This document shows, piece by piece, positions 38,828-49,146 of a stretch of 60,531 nucleotides of DNA. This stretch comes from Actinomycetes bacterium. Lineage in GTDB: Bacteria; Actinomycetota; Thermoleophilia; Solirubrobacterales; Solirubrobacteraceae. Below the pieces are notes generated by a model. The model did not search any database. It was given only the letters and a program-made list of their open reading frames with translations, and was not told the origin of the DNA. The DNA is taken from NCBI GenBank assembly GCA_037139015.1, contig JBAXHG010000001.1, positions 1 through 60,531 on the forward strand, written 5' to 3'. Position numbers and translations under genes: made by a program. How positions within the stretch are numbered: position 1 is the stretch's first letter; every line of letters begins with the position of its first letter.

Positions 38828-38854
38828 AGGTGTTCAGTATGCCCGCGTCTGGCC

Positions 38855-39469
38855 TCAGGCGCGTGCGGCGTCGGCAAGCGACCGAATCCGAGAGACGACC
38901 TCAGCGGGCGTGAGACCCGTGGTGTCAACCACCGTTGCGCCCTCCGACGGTTCCAAAGTCGAGCGCCCGTGGCCCTGATCGGCCTCGTCGCGATCGCGCT
39001 GTGCTGCAAGAACCTCGGCAATCTCCTGACCTGTCTGGGTAGCTCGGCGCCGGGCTCTTTCCGTCTCGTCGGCGGTTAGCCAGACACGAACCTCAGCGTC
39101 CGGAGCCACAACCTGACAGATGTCGCGCCCTTCGGCAACCCAGTCGCCTGAGCCGAGAATCGCCTGTTGCATCTTCACCAAGATCTCCCTCACACGAGGG
39201 TCTCCAGCTACCTGTGAGGCTCTCGCCGTCACCTCAGGCGTGCGGATTCGATCTCCTGGATCCACACCGTTCATGAGTAGTGGAGGACCACCCTCAATGG
39301 TTACCGCCATGGCTGCCTCAGCGGGCGGCAAATCAAGCTCAAGCGAGGCGAGCGCAACTATCCGATACATCCCGCCAGTATCGAGATGGCCGAAACCGAG
39401 CGCCTCGGCAACCTGCTTTGCAACAGTGCTTTTTCCTGACCCCGCGGGGCCGTCAATTGCTACAACCAT
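38855..39469 (-). CDS. cmk: Cytidylate kinase
   Basis: MVVAIDGPAGSGKSTVAK P-loop, DTGGMYR, EGRDI. Start moved to ATG 39469, after the aroA stop. Confidence 0.9.
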   Translation of the reverse strand: MVVAIDGPAGSGKSTVAKQVAEALGFGHLDTGGMYRIVALASLELDLPPAEAAMAVTIEGGPPLLMNGVDPGDRIRTPEVTARASQVAGDPRVREILVKMQQAILGSGDWVAEGRDICQVVAPDAEVRVWLTADETERARRRATQTGQEIAEVLAAQRDRDEADQGHGRSTLEPSEGATVVDTTGLTPAEVVSRIRSLADAARA

Positions 39470-39479
39470 TGGCGGGAGG

Positions 39480-40790
39480 CTATGCCAGTCTGCTGATGTC
39501 GGCGATAAAGCCTGGATAGGACACATCAGCGGCTCCGAAGTCAGTGACGGTGACACCCTGCTCGCTCGCAAGCCCGGCTACTGCACCCAACATGGCGAGC
39601 CGATGGTCTCCGAGACTGTCAATGGTTCCACCCCGCAAGTCACCAGTGCCCGTCACAACAAAGCCATCTTCCGTGGCCTCGATTGTTCCCCCAAGCGCAC
39701 TGATCAGCTGAACTACCCCAGCTATCCGATCGGTCTCCTTGACCTTAAGTTCCCCAGCCCCACTCACGCGTGTCGTGCCGCTGGCAAAGCAACCGGCAAG
39801 AGCCAGAAGAGTGATCTCGTCAACGGCCGCAGGGATCTCCTCTGCCCCCACTGTGATTCCCACGAGCGACGAGCTCCGCGCGCTGACGTCTCCAACCGGC
39901 TCTTTGGAAATTCGACCGAAGTCCTCGGGCGGAGCTTCATATCCCGAAATGTCCGCGCCCATTTTCGCAAGCAGGCGAAAGAATCCGGTCCGCTCGGGGT
40001 TGAGATTCACCCCTGAAACCGTGATCTCGGAACCCTCAACCAAGACAGCCGCCAAGAGTAGAAAGGCCGCCGAGGAAGGGTCGCCTGGAATCGAGCGATC
40101 GACAGAGGCCAAGTCGTCAGCAGGTTTAATCTCCACTCGTGTTGAACCATCTTGCAGTCGTTGCCGAGTGAGGTCGGCGCCCTGTTCGATGAGCATCCGC
40201 TCAGTGTGGTCGCGCGATGTCGGGGACTCGGTCACTGAAGATGGTCCATCCGCGAGCAGCCCGGCCAGAAGGATGGCGCTCTTCACCTGAGCGCTCGCAA
40301 CATCACTGATCCAGTTGATGCCGCTCAGGCTCGCTCCCTTCAACAGGAAGGGCGGTCGCCCATCGGAGAGCTCGAACTCTGCCCCCATCTGCCCCAATGG
40401 AACCGCAATCCGGCCCATCGGCCTTGACCGGATCGACCGGTCTCCATCAAGCTGCCATGAGCGACCAGCCTGGCCTGAAAGCCATCCCGAGACAAGCCTC
40501 ATCAAGGTTCCGCTGTTGCCCACGTCAAGGACCTCGGATGTCTCGGCAGCGCCACGCAGTCCCATCCCAGTGATTTCTACGGTTGATCCCTCCCGCCGGA
40601 TGCCTGCACCCAGCTGCTCAAGAACTCGAAGCGTGCTCAGAGTGTCCTCACCCAGCAGGTACCCCTCAACAGTCGAGGTGCCGACAGCCATCGCAGCGAG
40701 CAACGCCGCCCGATGGGAAATCGACTTGTCGGGCGCCGTGGGAAGAGTCCCTGTCAGCGGACCCGACGGAGCAAAGCTTCGCGACGCCAT
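39480..40790 (-). CDS. aroA: 3-phosphoshikimate 1-carboxyvinyltransferase (EPSP synthase)
   Basis: APDKSISHRAALLAA, LDVGNSGTLMRL, KVKETDRI, DHRLAM. Confidence 0.95.
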   Translation of the reverse strand: MASRSFAPSGPLTGTLPTAPDKSISHRAALLAAMAVGTSTVEGYLLGEDTLSTLRVLEQLGAGIRREGSTVEITGMGLRGAAETSEVLDVGNSGTLMRLVSGWLSGQAGRSWQLDGDRSIRSRPMGRIAVPLGQMGAEFELSDGRPPFLLKGASLSGINWISDVASAQVKSAILLAGLLADGPSSVTESPTSRDHTERMLIEQGADLTRQRLQDGSTRVEIKPADDLASVDRSIPGDPSSAAFLLLAAVLVEGSEITVSGVNLNPERTGFFRLLAKMGADISGYEAPPEDFGRISKEPVGDVSARSSSLVGITVGAEEIPAAVDEITLLALAGCFASGTTRVSGAGELKVKETDRIAGVVQLISALGGTIEATEDGFVVTGTGDLRGGTIDSLGDHRLAMLGAVAGLASEQGVTVTDFGAADVSYPGFIADISRLA

Positions 40791-41857
40791 CAGCCTTGCG
40801 AAACCGAGTGGCCAAGCTCGCTGATGAGCTTGGCTGCCCGCTCCGCCGAGTCAGCGCCCTCTATCCCAAGAACGATGGTCCCAGTCGCACGATCGGCAGC
40901 AGGATGAAGCTGGAGATCCGTCAAGTCAATGCCAACCCCTCCGAGCGTGAGCGCGATCGAGGCAAGTACCCCGGGCTCGTTCGGAACTTGCACGCGAAGT
41001 TCGTGGACCGAACCACCCGTCGCGCCCTCAGCGGCCAACTGCCCCCTTTGAGCTGCGGCTAGGTCATTCCATTCCGTAACTCCGGCGGAATCCCGCGCCA
41101 CCAAAAGCTCCCTCACGCGCTTGATTCCTAGCTCCACAGCATCGAGCCGCTCAATCAGTGCGTCTGCGTTCGAAAGGTAAATATCGGTCCAGATTGAACT
41201 TGGAGCGCCAGCCACGCGCGTCGCATCTCTGAAGCTTGGACCTGTCGCCGGAAGAGGTTCACCCTCATCCGCAAGCGTCGCCGCGGCCTCGGCCACAAGA
41301 AGGTTGGCAAGGACGTGTGGAAGATGGGAAACGGTGGCAAGGATCCGATCGTGCACATCTGGGGCTACAGCCCGGGGACGGGCACCGAGTTCGGTGACGA
41401 TCCGGAATGCCCTTTCAAGCTGGACTCCGGCGGTGTTCTCAACGGGGGTCAGGAACCAGGTTGCTCCCTTGAAGAGGTCGGCCCGTGCATGTGCGGCCCC
41501 GCCTGTTTCTCCACCTGCCAAGGGGTGCCCGCCAACAAACCGCGGGTCGGAGTTTGCTTCAACGACACCTTGCTTGGTTGATCCAACATCAGTAATAAGT
41601 GCATCAGCAGGACTAGCATCAAGGACTGCCTTGACGACAGACGAGATCCGCCCGACGGGTGCGGCGACAACAACGGCGTCGGCATCCTTCACTGCGGCTT
41701 CCAAACTCGGAGCGGGGGCAAGCCCAGACCGCTGAGCGGCAAGCGAAAGCTCGCCGGAGTCCGGGTCCCACCCAGTGACCTCGACGTCATCAAGCTGACT
41801 GGCGGCCATGGCAATGGACGTGCCGATCAGGCCAGTCCCAATGATCGTCAGGCGCAC
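40790..41857 (-). CDS. tyrA: Prephenate dehydrogenase with C-terminal ACT-like domain
   Basis: N-terminal Rossmann IIGTGLIGTSIA, GGHPLAG catalytic block, and a C-terminal ~80-aa ACT-like segment (LRVQVPNEPGVLASI). Confidence 0.85.
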   Translation of the reverse strand: MRLTIIGTGLIGTSIAMAASQLDDVEVTGWDPDSGELSLAAQRSGLAPAPSLEAAVKDADAVVVAAPVGRISSVVKAVLDASPADALITDVGSTKQGVVEANSDPRFVGGHPLAGGETGGAAHARADLFKGATWFLTPVENTAGVQLERAFRIVTELGARPRAVAPDVHDRILATVSHLPHVLANLLVAEAAATLADEGEPLPATGPSFRDATRVAGAPSSIWTDIYLSNADALIERLDAVELGIKRVRELLVARDSAGVTEWNDLAAAQRGQLAAEGATGGSVHELRVQVPNEPGVLASIALTLGGVGIDLTDLQLHPAADRATGTIVLGIEGADSAERAAKLISELGHSVSQG

Positions 41858-41875
41858 GGAATCCCGTGCCTTCCC

Positions 41876-42922
<1,047 letters not shown>

Positions 42923-42980
42923 GGGGTCTGCAGTAAAACAGGTTGCGAGCGCAGTCGGTCTGTGAGCATGCCAAGGCCCG

Positions 42981-44069
42981 CTAGGAAAGCAGGTCGGACA
43001 AGGCGCCAAGCAGCCTCTGATGCTGCTCTGGCAGGCCTACTGTGACCCGAAGGAAACCGGGGCCGCCAAGGGCAGCGCCGGCTCTGACCAGGATCTCCTT
43101 CTCAGCAAGCCCGGCCACAACCGCCTGCTCATCCGCACCTGATGGGAGCCGCACCCAGAGGAAGTTGGCCTGTGATTCGGCCACATGGCAGCCCAATGCA
43201 ACAAGCCCAGCTGCGAGAACCTCGCGCTCCTCAGTCATAAGGTCGACTCTGCGTTGGATCTCCTCGGAATGGCCCAGGGCCTCTATGGCAGCAGCCTGCG
43301 CAGCCGCGTTGCACATGAACGGCTGGCGGACTTGATTGACCGCTGTCTGGATCTCCGTGTCACCACAAAGTCCGTAGCCGACTCGTAGCGCTGCAAGGCC
43401 GTAAACCTTCGAGAAGGTTCTAAGAATCACAAGGTTTGGATGGCGATCAAGAAGGCTCAGAGTCGCGTCTGGATCCTCAGAGGTCACAAACTCCCGATAG
43501 GCCTCGTCAAGAACAACGCAGACCGTTGGCGGCACTGACTCAAGCAGCTGTTCCACCTCATCAAGCGGCACCAGCGTGGAAGTCGGATTGTTTGGATTGC
43601 AGATCAGAAGCAGCCGGGTCTCCTCCGTGACAGCGTCCGCCATTGCGATCAGGTCATGCCTGTCGCTGCTATCCAGCGGAACCTCAATCGCAGTAGCCCC
43701 AGTCGTTGCCGCAAGATGTGGGTACATGGAGAACGCTGGCCATGCGTAGATGATTTCCCGCCCAGGCTGCAAGAGCGCCTCCCCAAGCGCAAGGAGTACA
43801 TCGCAGGATCCATTCCCAGTCGCGATGCGATCCGCGGGAACTCCGGTCCTCACGGCAAGCGCCTCACGCAGAAGACCCGAGCTCGGATCCGGGTAGCGAT
43901 GTGCCCCAGCAGCTGCCATCTCGGCAGCACGCACGACCTCAGGAAGCGGAGCAAAGGGAGCCTCATTACTCGCGAGCAGAGCAACGCGCTCGTCCAAGGC
44001 ATAACCGTCCGCTGCCGGATAGACAGGAATACGGGCAATGCGGTCGGCGAAGTTAAGTCCCACTTCCAC
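42981..44069 (-). CDS. hisC: Histidinol-phosphate/aromatic aminotransferase (class II PLP)
   Basis: LASNEAPF, NPNNPT, RTFSKVYGLAALRVGY (PLP lysine). Lies within the aromatic amino-acid gene cluster. Confidence 0.85.
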   Translation of the reverse strand: MEVGLNFADRIARIPVYPAADGYALDERVALLASNEAPFAPLPEVVRAAEMAAAGAHRYPDPSSGLLREALAVRTGVPADRIATGNGSCDVLLALGEALLQPGREIIYAWPAFSMYPHLAATTGATAIEVPLDSSDRHDLIAMADAVTEETRLLLICNPNNPTSTLVPLDEVEQLLESVPPTVCVVLDEAYREFVTSEDPDATLSLLDRHPNLVILRTFSKVYGLAALRVGYGLCGDTEIQTAVNQVRQPFMCNAAAQAAAIEALGHSEEIQRRVDLMTEEREVLAAGLVALGCHVAESQANFLWVRLPSGADEQAVVAGLAEKEILVRAGAALGGPGFLRVTVGLPEQHQRLLGALSDLLS

Positions 44070-44077
44070 GGACCTCT

Positions 44078-44443
44078 CTACTGAGCGCTGTCCAGATCAG
44101 GGCGCAGGGCCTGAGCCCCGCGCAGATAAACATGTTCGGCAGCAGCGTCGCGGGTGTCGTTGTAATGAACGAGAACCCGAACAACCCGCTCCAGGGAGCC
44201 GGGTACTGGAATCTCCCTCGCGCAGAGGAGAGGCACCTGATCGAGCCCCATCTGCCTGGCCGCCGCAGCCGGAAAGTCCGCGTCAAGATCGTCAGTGACT
44301 GTGAAGACACAGGAGATCAAATCATCTGGGCCAAGTTCATTCCGCGTCAGAACTTGCTCTACAAGCTCGGTCGTCCCGGCACGAATCACCGCCGCATCAT
44401 TTGCGTCGATCTGGATTGCGCCTCTGACTGCTCTTACACCCAT
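44078..44443 (-). CDS. aroH: Chorismate mutase, AroH class
   Basis: MGVRAVRGAIQID...FTVTDDLDADFPAAAAR...RVLVHYN...HVYLRGAQALRPDL parallels B. subtilis AroH (MMIRGIRGATTV...HVYLEKVVVLRPDL). Confidence 0.85.
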   Translation of the reverse strand: MGVRAVRGAIQIDANDAAVIRAGTTELVEQVLTRNELGPDDLISCVFTVTDDLDADFPAAAARQMGLDQVPLLCAREIPVPGSLERVVRVLVHYNDTRDAAAEHVYLRGAQALRPDLDSAQ

Positions 44444-44455
44444 GGGAGCTGGATG

Positions 44456-45160
44456 CTAGTCGCGAACCGCTGTGGCGCGAAGTTCCTCAATCTCGCCTGC
44501 ATGCAGACGACGGTGCCCTCCGGGCTTGAGCCGCCCGAGTTGCAGCGGACCAATTGCGACTCGCTCAAGCGCAAGGACAGGATGCCCCACCACCTCGCAC
44601 ATCCGACGCACTTGGTGGTTGCGGCCTTCTCTGATCACAATTTCGATGACACCAGGCCCAAGCTTGCTGACCCGTGCGGGGAGTGTGATCCCATCGTCGA
44701 GCATCACTCCCTCACTCAGCAAGCGCAGCGCATCGGCCCCAACAGAACCGCCGCCAATCCTTGCGCGGTACGCCTTTGGGACCCCATAGCGAGGATGGGT
44801 AAGAATGTTCGCCAGGTCACCGTCGTTGGTCAAGAGCAGCAGTCCGCTGCTGTTGACATCGAGTCGACCGACCGGGTAGAGCCTCCCCATTCCAGGGACC
44901 AGGTCAACAACAGTTCGTCGGCCCTGGGGGTCTGAGGCGGTTGAGACAACGCCCAGAGGCTTATTGATCATGTACACAAGTCGAGACGCCGCACCACCGA
45001 GTTCCTGGCCATCGACCCGGATTGAATCGGATGAGTCGACACCAGTCGCCGGATCCACACAAAGCTTGCCGTTGACCGTAACTCGCCCAGCGAAGATCAC
45101 CTCCTCCGATCCACGACGGGAGGCGACACCTGCATGAGCGAGAAACTTGCCGAGACGCAT
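44456..45160 (-). CDS. rluB: Pseudouridine synthase, RsuA/RluB family (S4 domain plus catalytic domain)
   Basis: S4 domain MRLGKFLAHAGVASRR, catalytic GRLDVNSSGLLLLTNDG. Start moved to ATG 45160. Confidence 0.85.
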   Translation of the reverse strand: MRLGKFLAHAGVASRRGSEEVIFAGRVTVNGKLCVDPATGVDSSDSIRVDGQELGGAASRLVYMINKPLGVVSTASDPQGRRTVVDLVPGMGRLYPVGRLDVNSSGLLLLTNDGDLANILTHPRYGVPKAYRARIGGGSVGADALRLLSEGVMLDDGITLPARVSKLGPGVIEIVIREGRNHQVRRMCEVVGHPVLALERVAIGPLQLGRLKPGGHRRLHAGEIEELRATAVRD

Positions 45161-45179
45161 GTGGTGCAACCATAGTCCT

Positions 45180-46322
45180 ATGAACCGGCAACTCCTGATG
45201 GAAACACTGAGCGCCCACGGCGAGCCGAGCTTCCGCTCCGACCAGATCTGGCAGTGGCTTGCCGAAGGAGCCACTGGCTACGACGAGATGACAAACCTTC
45301 CAAAGGCCCTGCGTCTTGAGCTGGCCGGTCAGGTCCCAATCTCGACGCTGGAGCCGGAGGAGGAGGCCAAGTCCAAGGACGGAACTGTCAAGGTGCTCTT
45401 CCGTACAGAGGACAAACGGCCCGTCGAGGCAGTCCTGATGCGCTATCGGGATGGGCGAAGGTCGATCTGTGTTTCGTCTCAGTCGGGTTGCCCTCTCACT
45501 TGCACATTCTGCGCGACGGGAACGATGAAGTTCGGTCGAAACCTGACAGCTGACGAGATCATCGATCAGGCCTTGCACCTCAGACGCATTGAGGATCTCG
45601 ACCACTGCGTCTTCATGGGCATGGGCGAGCCAATGATGAACCTGGACAACGTGATGGAAGCGTGCGACATGCTCCCTGCGCTCGGCATCACCAATCGGAG
45701 GACCGCCATCAGCACCGTGGGCTGGGTTCCCGGAATCCGACGTATGACCGAAATTGCCCGCCCCATGCGGCTTGCGCTTTCGCTCCACGCGCCGAACGAC
45801 AAGCTCCGCTCAAGGATCATGCCTATCAACGACAAGTACCCGATTGAGGAGGTCATGGACGCCTGCGACGAGCATGCCCGGAGTCTCCGGCGCAGGGTAT
45901 TCATTGAGTACGTGATGCTGAAGGGGGTCAATGACAGCCCGGAAACGGCCGTTGAGCTCGCCGAGCTCCTTGACTCCAAGCACTACAAGGTCAACCTGAT
46001 CCCCTACAACCCGACTGGCTCATACGACGGATCCGACAGGGACACGATCGAAACATTTGCCGCGATCCTCAACGGGCGAGGACTTACTGCGACGGTTCGC
46101 CTGACGCGGGGTCAAGACATCGCGGCGGCCTGCGGGCAGCTAGCCGCACAGCCAAACCAGCTGGATCAGTCTGAGCCAAACTCTGAGGAGTCCGAATCTG
46201 GCGCCGGTGCCAATGAAACGACTGGCGACGCTGGAACATCCTCGGCCAGTTCCGATAAGGACTCGACAGTCGAGCTCGAGTCGTCCTCAGCATCCGCCGA
46301 GAGCTCTTCGTCTGAGGCCTGA
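45180..46322 (+). CDS. rlmN: 23S rRNA/tRNA (adenine-C2)-methyltransferase RlmN (radical SAM) with Ser/acidic C-terminal tail
   Basis: GEPSFRSDQIWQWL, radical-SAM CPLTCTFCATG, GMGEPMMN, C-terminal AAACGQL. A 56-aa low-complexity tail follows. Start ATG 45180 (alternatives 45159 and 45198). Confidence 0.9.
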   Translation: MNRQLLMETLSAHGEPSFRSDQIWQWLAEGATGYDEMTNLPKALRLELAGQVPISTLEPEEEAKSKDGTVKVLFRTEDKRPVEAVLMRYRDGRRSICVSSQSGCPLTCTFCATGTMKFGRNLTADEIIDQALHLRRIEDLDHCVFMGMGEPMMNLDNVMEACDMLPALGITNRRTAISTVGWVPGIRRMTEIARPMRLALSLHAPNDKLRSRIMPINDKYPIEEVMDACDEHARSLRRRVFIEYVMLKGVNDSPETAVELAELLDSKHYKVNLIPYNPTGSYDGSDRDTIETFAAILNGRGLTATVRLTRGQDIAAACGQLAAQPNQLDQSEPNSEESESGAGANETTGDAGTSSASSDKDSTVELESSSASAESSSSEA

Positions 46323-46981
46323 TCCGGCGCCTCCGCTGGCGCCTCGTCTTCTCCTTGGCCGTTTGACGGCTCAGGCTGGTCAGACAGCTCCTCTGTTGTC
46401 GACTCACCGGACCGCTCGCCGCCAACCTTGAGGAGCCTTTCCCTAAGCGCCTCTTCAACCTCTGGGGCTGGGTCCCAGGCTCCAATGTCAGGAAGATCCT
46501 CAAGCGACTTCAGGCCGAACAAACGAAGGAAGAGGTCACTCGTCCGGTACAGAACAGCACCAAAGGGTGACCGGCCAGATTCTTCAATTACTCCACGCTC
46601 AAGCAGAGTTGCCGCGGCAGATTCCGCATTGACACCCCTGATCCTCGCTATCTCTGGGCGTGAGACTGGCTGCAGGTAGGCGACTATCGCCAACGTCTCG
46701 GCTTGGGCAGGGGTCAGTGGAGGAGTCCTTGGGCTCGCGAACATCCGGCGGGCGGCATCCTCGGCCTCGGGGTTGCTGGAGAGAGCCCACCCTCCCGCGA
46801 CTTCGCGCAGAAGAATCCCGCGGCCGTCATCAACAGATGCCTTGGCCATCTGGCGCAGCTGTTCCTCTACCTCTTCAAGCTCAGACTCACAGGCTTCAGC
46901 GAGGCCCTTGGCATCCAGCGGCTCTGGGGCGAGGAAGAGAAGCGCCTCCAGGTTGCGTGCGAGCGGGTCCAGTTCGCTCAT
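46166..46981 (-). CDS. scpB: Segregation and condensation protein B with long acidic C-terminal tail
   Basis: LEALLFLAPEPL, two winged-helix repeats (ETLAIVAYLQPVSRPEIARIRGV), RTSDLFLRLFGLKSLEDLP, then a ~100-aa acidic tail. 4-nt overlap with scpA. Confidence 0.85.
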   Translation of the reverse strand: MSELDPLARNLEALLFLAPEPLDAKGLAEACESELEEVEEQLRQMAKASVDDGRGILLREVAGGWALSSNPEAEDAARRMFASPRTPPLTPAQAETLAIVAYLQPVSRPEIARIRGVNAESAAATLLERGVIEESGRSPFGAVLYRTSDLFLRLFGLKSLEDLPDIGAWDPAPEVEEALRERLLKVGGERSGESTTEELSDQPEPSNGQGEDEAPAEAPDQASDEELSADAEDDSSSTVESLSELAEDVPASPVVSLAPAPDSDSSEFGSD

Positions 46982-47760
46982 GCGGCTTGGCTTGAAGCAC
47001 TCATCAATGCCGGATCTTGCTCAGCCGACCAGCGATCAGCGCTGCTGGCAGCAACCAGAATTGGGCCAAACGGCTCGGTCTGAGTCCATGTGGCCTCACC
47101 TTGTCGGTACATCTCGAGCAGAGCCCAGAGAGTGACGGCAACCGTGACCCTGTCGGCCCCGCTGACGGCTCGCTCAAAATCAAAGGCGCCGCGCGAAAGC
47201 AGGGTGCGAAGCGTTGTGAGCCGTTCGGCAACCGTGATCTGGGGCCGGTGAAGGTGCCCAACCTGAATCTTCGGTGGTGGAGTCAGGAGACTCCCAATTG
47301 CCTCGCCAAGCCTTGATGGCTCGTAGGCCTTCTTCGCATGGTCGAGCGAGGCCCGGCGGAGGTACGCCGGGAGCGCGGCGCTCCTGAAGCGGAAGCCTGA
47401 CTGTTGGTTGAGCAGCTCGCGCAGCCATTCGGAGGCACCGCGGTTGCGATGCTGGGCCATCAGGCGCTCAAAGAGCTCTTCGGCGGCTTCACCGGCGTCA
47501 AGCTCAAGTTCCTCCGCGTCCTCCCCAGGAAGCAGAAGGCGGCTCTTGAGTTCCAAAAGGGATGCGATCAGAACCAAGAATTCAGTTGCAACCTCAAGGT
47601 CCATTTCACCGCGGAGCTCGAGGTGGTCAATGTAGGAGAGAACGATCCCGGCCAGATCTACTTCAAGCAGGTCAATCTCATCCCTCAGGACGAGCGTCAG
47701 GAGAAGGTCAAAGGGACCTGTGAATACCTCGATGTCGAGGTCTAGATCTGCGGCTCTCAC
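46978..47760 (-). CDS. scpA: Segregation and condensation protein A (kleisin)
   Basis: VFTGPFDLLLTLVLRDEIDLLEVDLAGIV is the typical ScpA N-terminus. 260 aa. Confidence 0.85.
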   Translation of the reverse strand: MRAADLDLDIEVFTGPFDLLLTLVLRDEIDLLEVDLAGIVLSYIDHLELRGEMDLEVATEFLVLIASLLELKSRLLLPGEDAEELELDAGEAAEELFERLMAQHRNRGASEWLRELLNQQSGFRFRSAALPAYLRRASLDHAKKAYEPSRLGEAIGSLLTPPPKIQVGHLHRPQITVAERLTTLRTLLSRGAFDFERAVSGADRVTVAVTLWALLEMYRQGEATWTQTEPFGPILVAASSADRWSAEQDPALMSASSQAA

Positions 47761-47794
47761 AAGGTGGACGCTACCGACGCGCCCCGACGGCTTT

Positions 47795-48781
47795 TCAGCC
47801 TCTCGGGCCGACGCCCATTGCTTCTCTCACGTCAGAAAGAGTCTTTGTGGCGATTAGCTGGGCTTTTTGGGCTCCAAGCGTGAACGCTGCTTCCAGCGCG
47901 GCCTCGTCAGCTCGCAACTCAAGGTAACGCTCTTGGATTGGAGCAACCCTCTGGATGACTGCCTCAGCGACGGCTGTCTTGAAGTCCCCGTAGCGCGAAT
48001 CCCGGAACTCAATCTCCACTTCGTCAGGTGTCTTCCCTGTCACGGCCGCGTAGATATCGATCAGGTTGGCAATCCCTTCCTTGCCCTCCCCGCGGCGAAC
48101 TTCATCCCCAGAGTCGGTCACTGCGGACCGGAACTTCTTGAGGATCTTTGCCGGCTCGTCCATCACATGGACTCGCCCCTGCTCTGAGCCCGCTGAGGTT
48201 GACATCTTGACCGTCGGGTTCTGAAGATCCATAATCCGCGCGCCGACCTCGGGTATCCGATGTTCGGGTACGACAAGGGTCTTGCCGAAACGGGAATTGA
48301 AGCGCTCCGCGATGTCCCGCATCAGTTCAATGTGCTGACGCTGATCGTCGCCAACGGGAACCTCACTCGCGCGATAGGCAAGGACATCAGCCGCTTGAAG
48401 AACGGGATAGAAGAACAGGCCGGCGCTGACAAGCTCCCGCTCCGTTCCTGCCTTCTCCTTGAACTGGTGCATCCGGTTCAGATCACCCCATGAGGTGACT
48501 GAGCAGAGAAGCCAACACAGCTCGGTGTGCTCCATCACATCTCCTTGCCTGAAGAAAATGCACCGAGCCGGATCGAGCCCTGCGGCAAGAAGCACAGCGG
48601 CTGTGTCGTAGGTCCGTTCCCGAAGCTCCTTGGGGTCATAGGAGACGGTTGTCGCGTGAAGGTCAACGATGCAATAAAGCCCTTCTCCCCGATCCTGACC
48701 CGCGACGTACTGATCGATGGCGCCGATCAGGTTGCCCAGATGCTTCTGCCCTGTCGGCTGGATCCCGGAAAAGATTCTCAT
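47795..48781 (-). CDS. trpS: Tryptophan--tRNA ligase
   Basis: SGIQPTGQKHLGNLIG (HIGH-type), GDDQRQHIEL, KMSTS (KMSKS). Confidence 0.95.
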   Translation of the reverse strand: MRIFSGIQPTGQKHLGNLIGAIDQYVAGQDRGEGLYCIVDLHATTVSYDPKELRERTYDTAAVLLAAGLDPARCIFFRQGDVMEHTELCWLLCSVTSWGDLNRMHQFKEKAGTERELVSAGLFFYPVLQAADVLAYRASEVPVGDDQRQHIELMRDIAERFNSRFGKTLVVPEHRIPEVGARIMDLQNPTVKMSTSAGSEQGRVHVMDEPAKILKKFRSAVTDSGDEVRRGEGKEGIANLIDIYAAVTGKTPDEVEIEFRDSRYGDFKTAVAEAVIQRVAPIQERYLELRADEAALEAAFTLGAQKAQLIATKTLSDVREAMGVGPRG

Positions 48782-48810
48782 GTCCCGCAGGCTACCTTCG
48801 CCCGCGGTGG

Positions 48811-49146
48811 TCAGCCGTTGGCGCCACTGACCTCAAGGCCGACGACACCCAGGATGATCAGTCCAATACAGGCGAACTTGGCAAGGCTCATGCCTTCGCC
48901 AAACACCCACACACCGATAAGCGCAGTCAGTGCAGTACCTACCCCGGCCCAGACCGCATAGGAGATTCCAAGTTCCATCTTCTTGAGGACCATTGAGAGA
49001 AGCCAGAAAGACGCCCCGTAACCGATAACGACTATTGCAAGGGCGATTGCCTTTGAACCACCGTTCCAATCATTCGCCGCCCGAAGAAACGTCGTAGCGA
49101 GCACCTCGGTGCCGATTGCGGCGGCGAGGAGCGGCCACGCACCCAT
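48811..49146 (-). CDS. SMR-family small multidrug-resistance transporter (EmrE/Qac-like)
   Basis: 111 aa with 4 TM helices. Membrane-embedded Glu in AIGTEVLATTFLR, plus GISYAVWAGVGTA. Its start codon shares 1 nt with the gcvPB stop (TGATG). Confidence 0.8.
   Translation of the reverse strand: MGAWPLLAAAIGTEVLATTFLRAANDWNGGSKAIALAIVVIGYGASFWLLSMVLKKMELGISYAVWAGVGTALTALIGVWVFGEGMSLAKFACIGLIILGVVGLEVSGANG

Noticed and set aside
48782-48810. T-box leader upstream of trpS.
   Set aside because: The spacer is 29 nt, whereas T-box leaders need about 200 nt.
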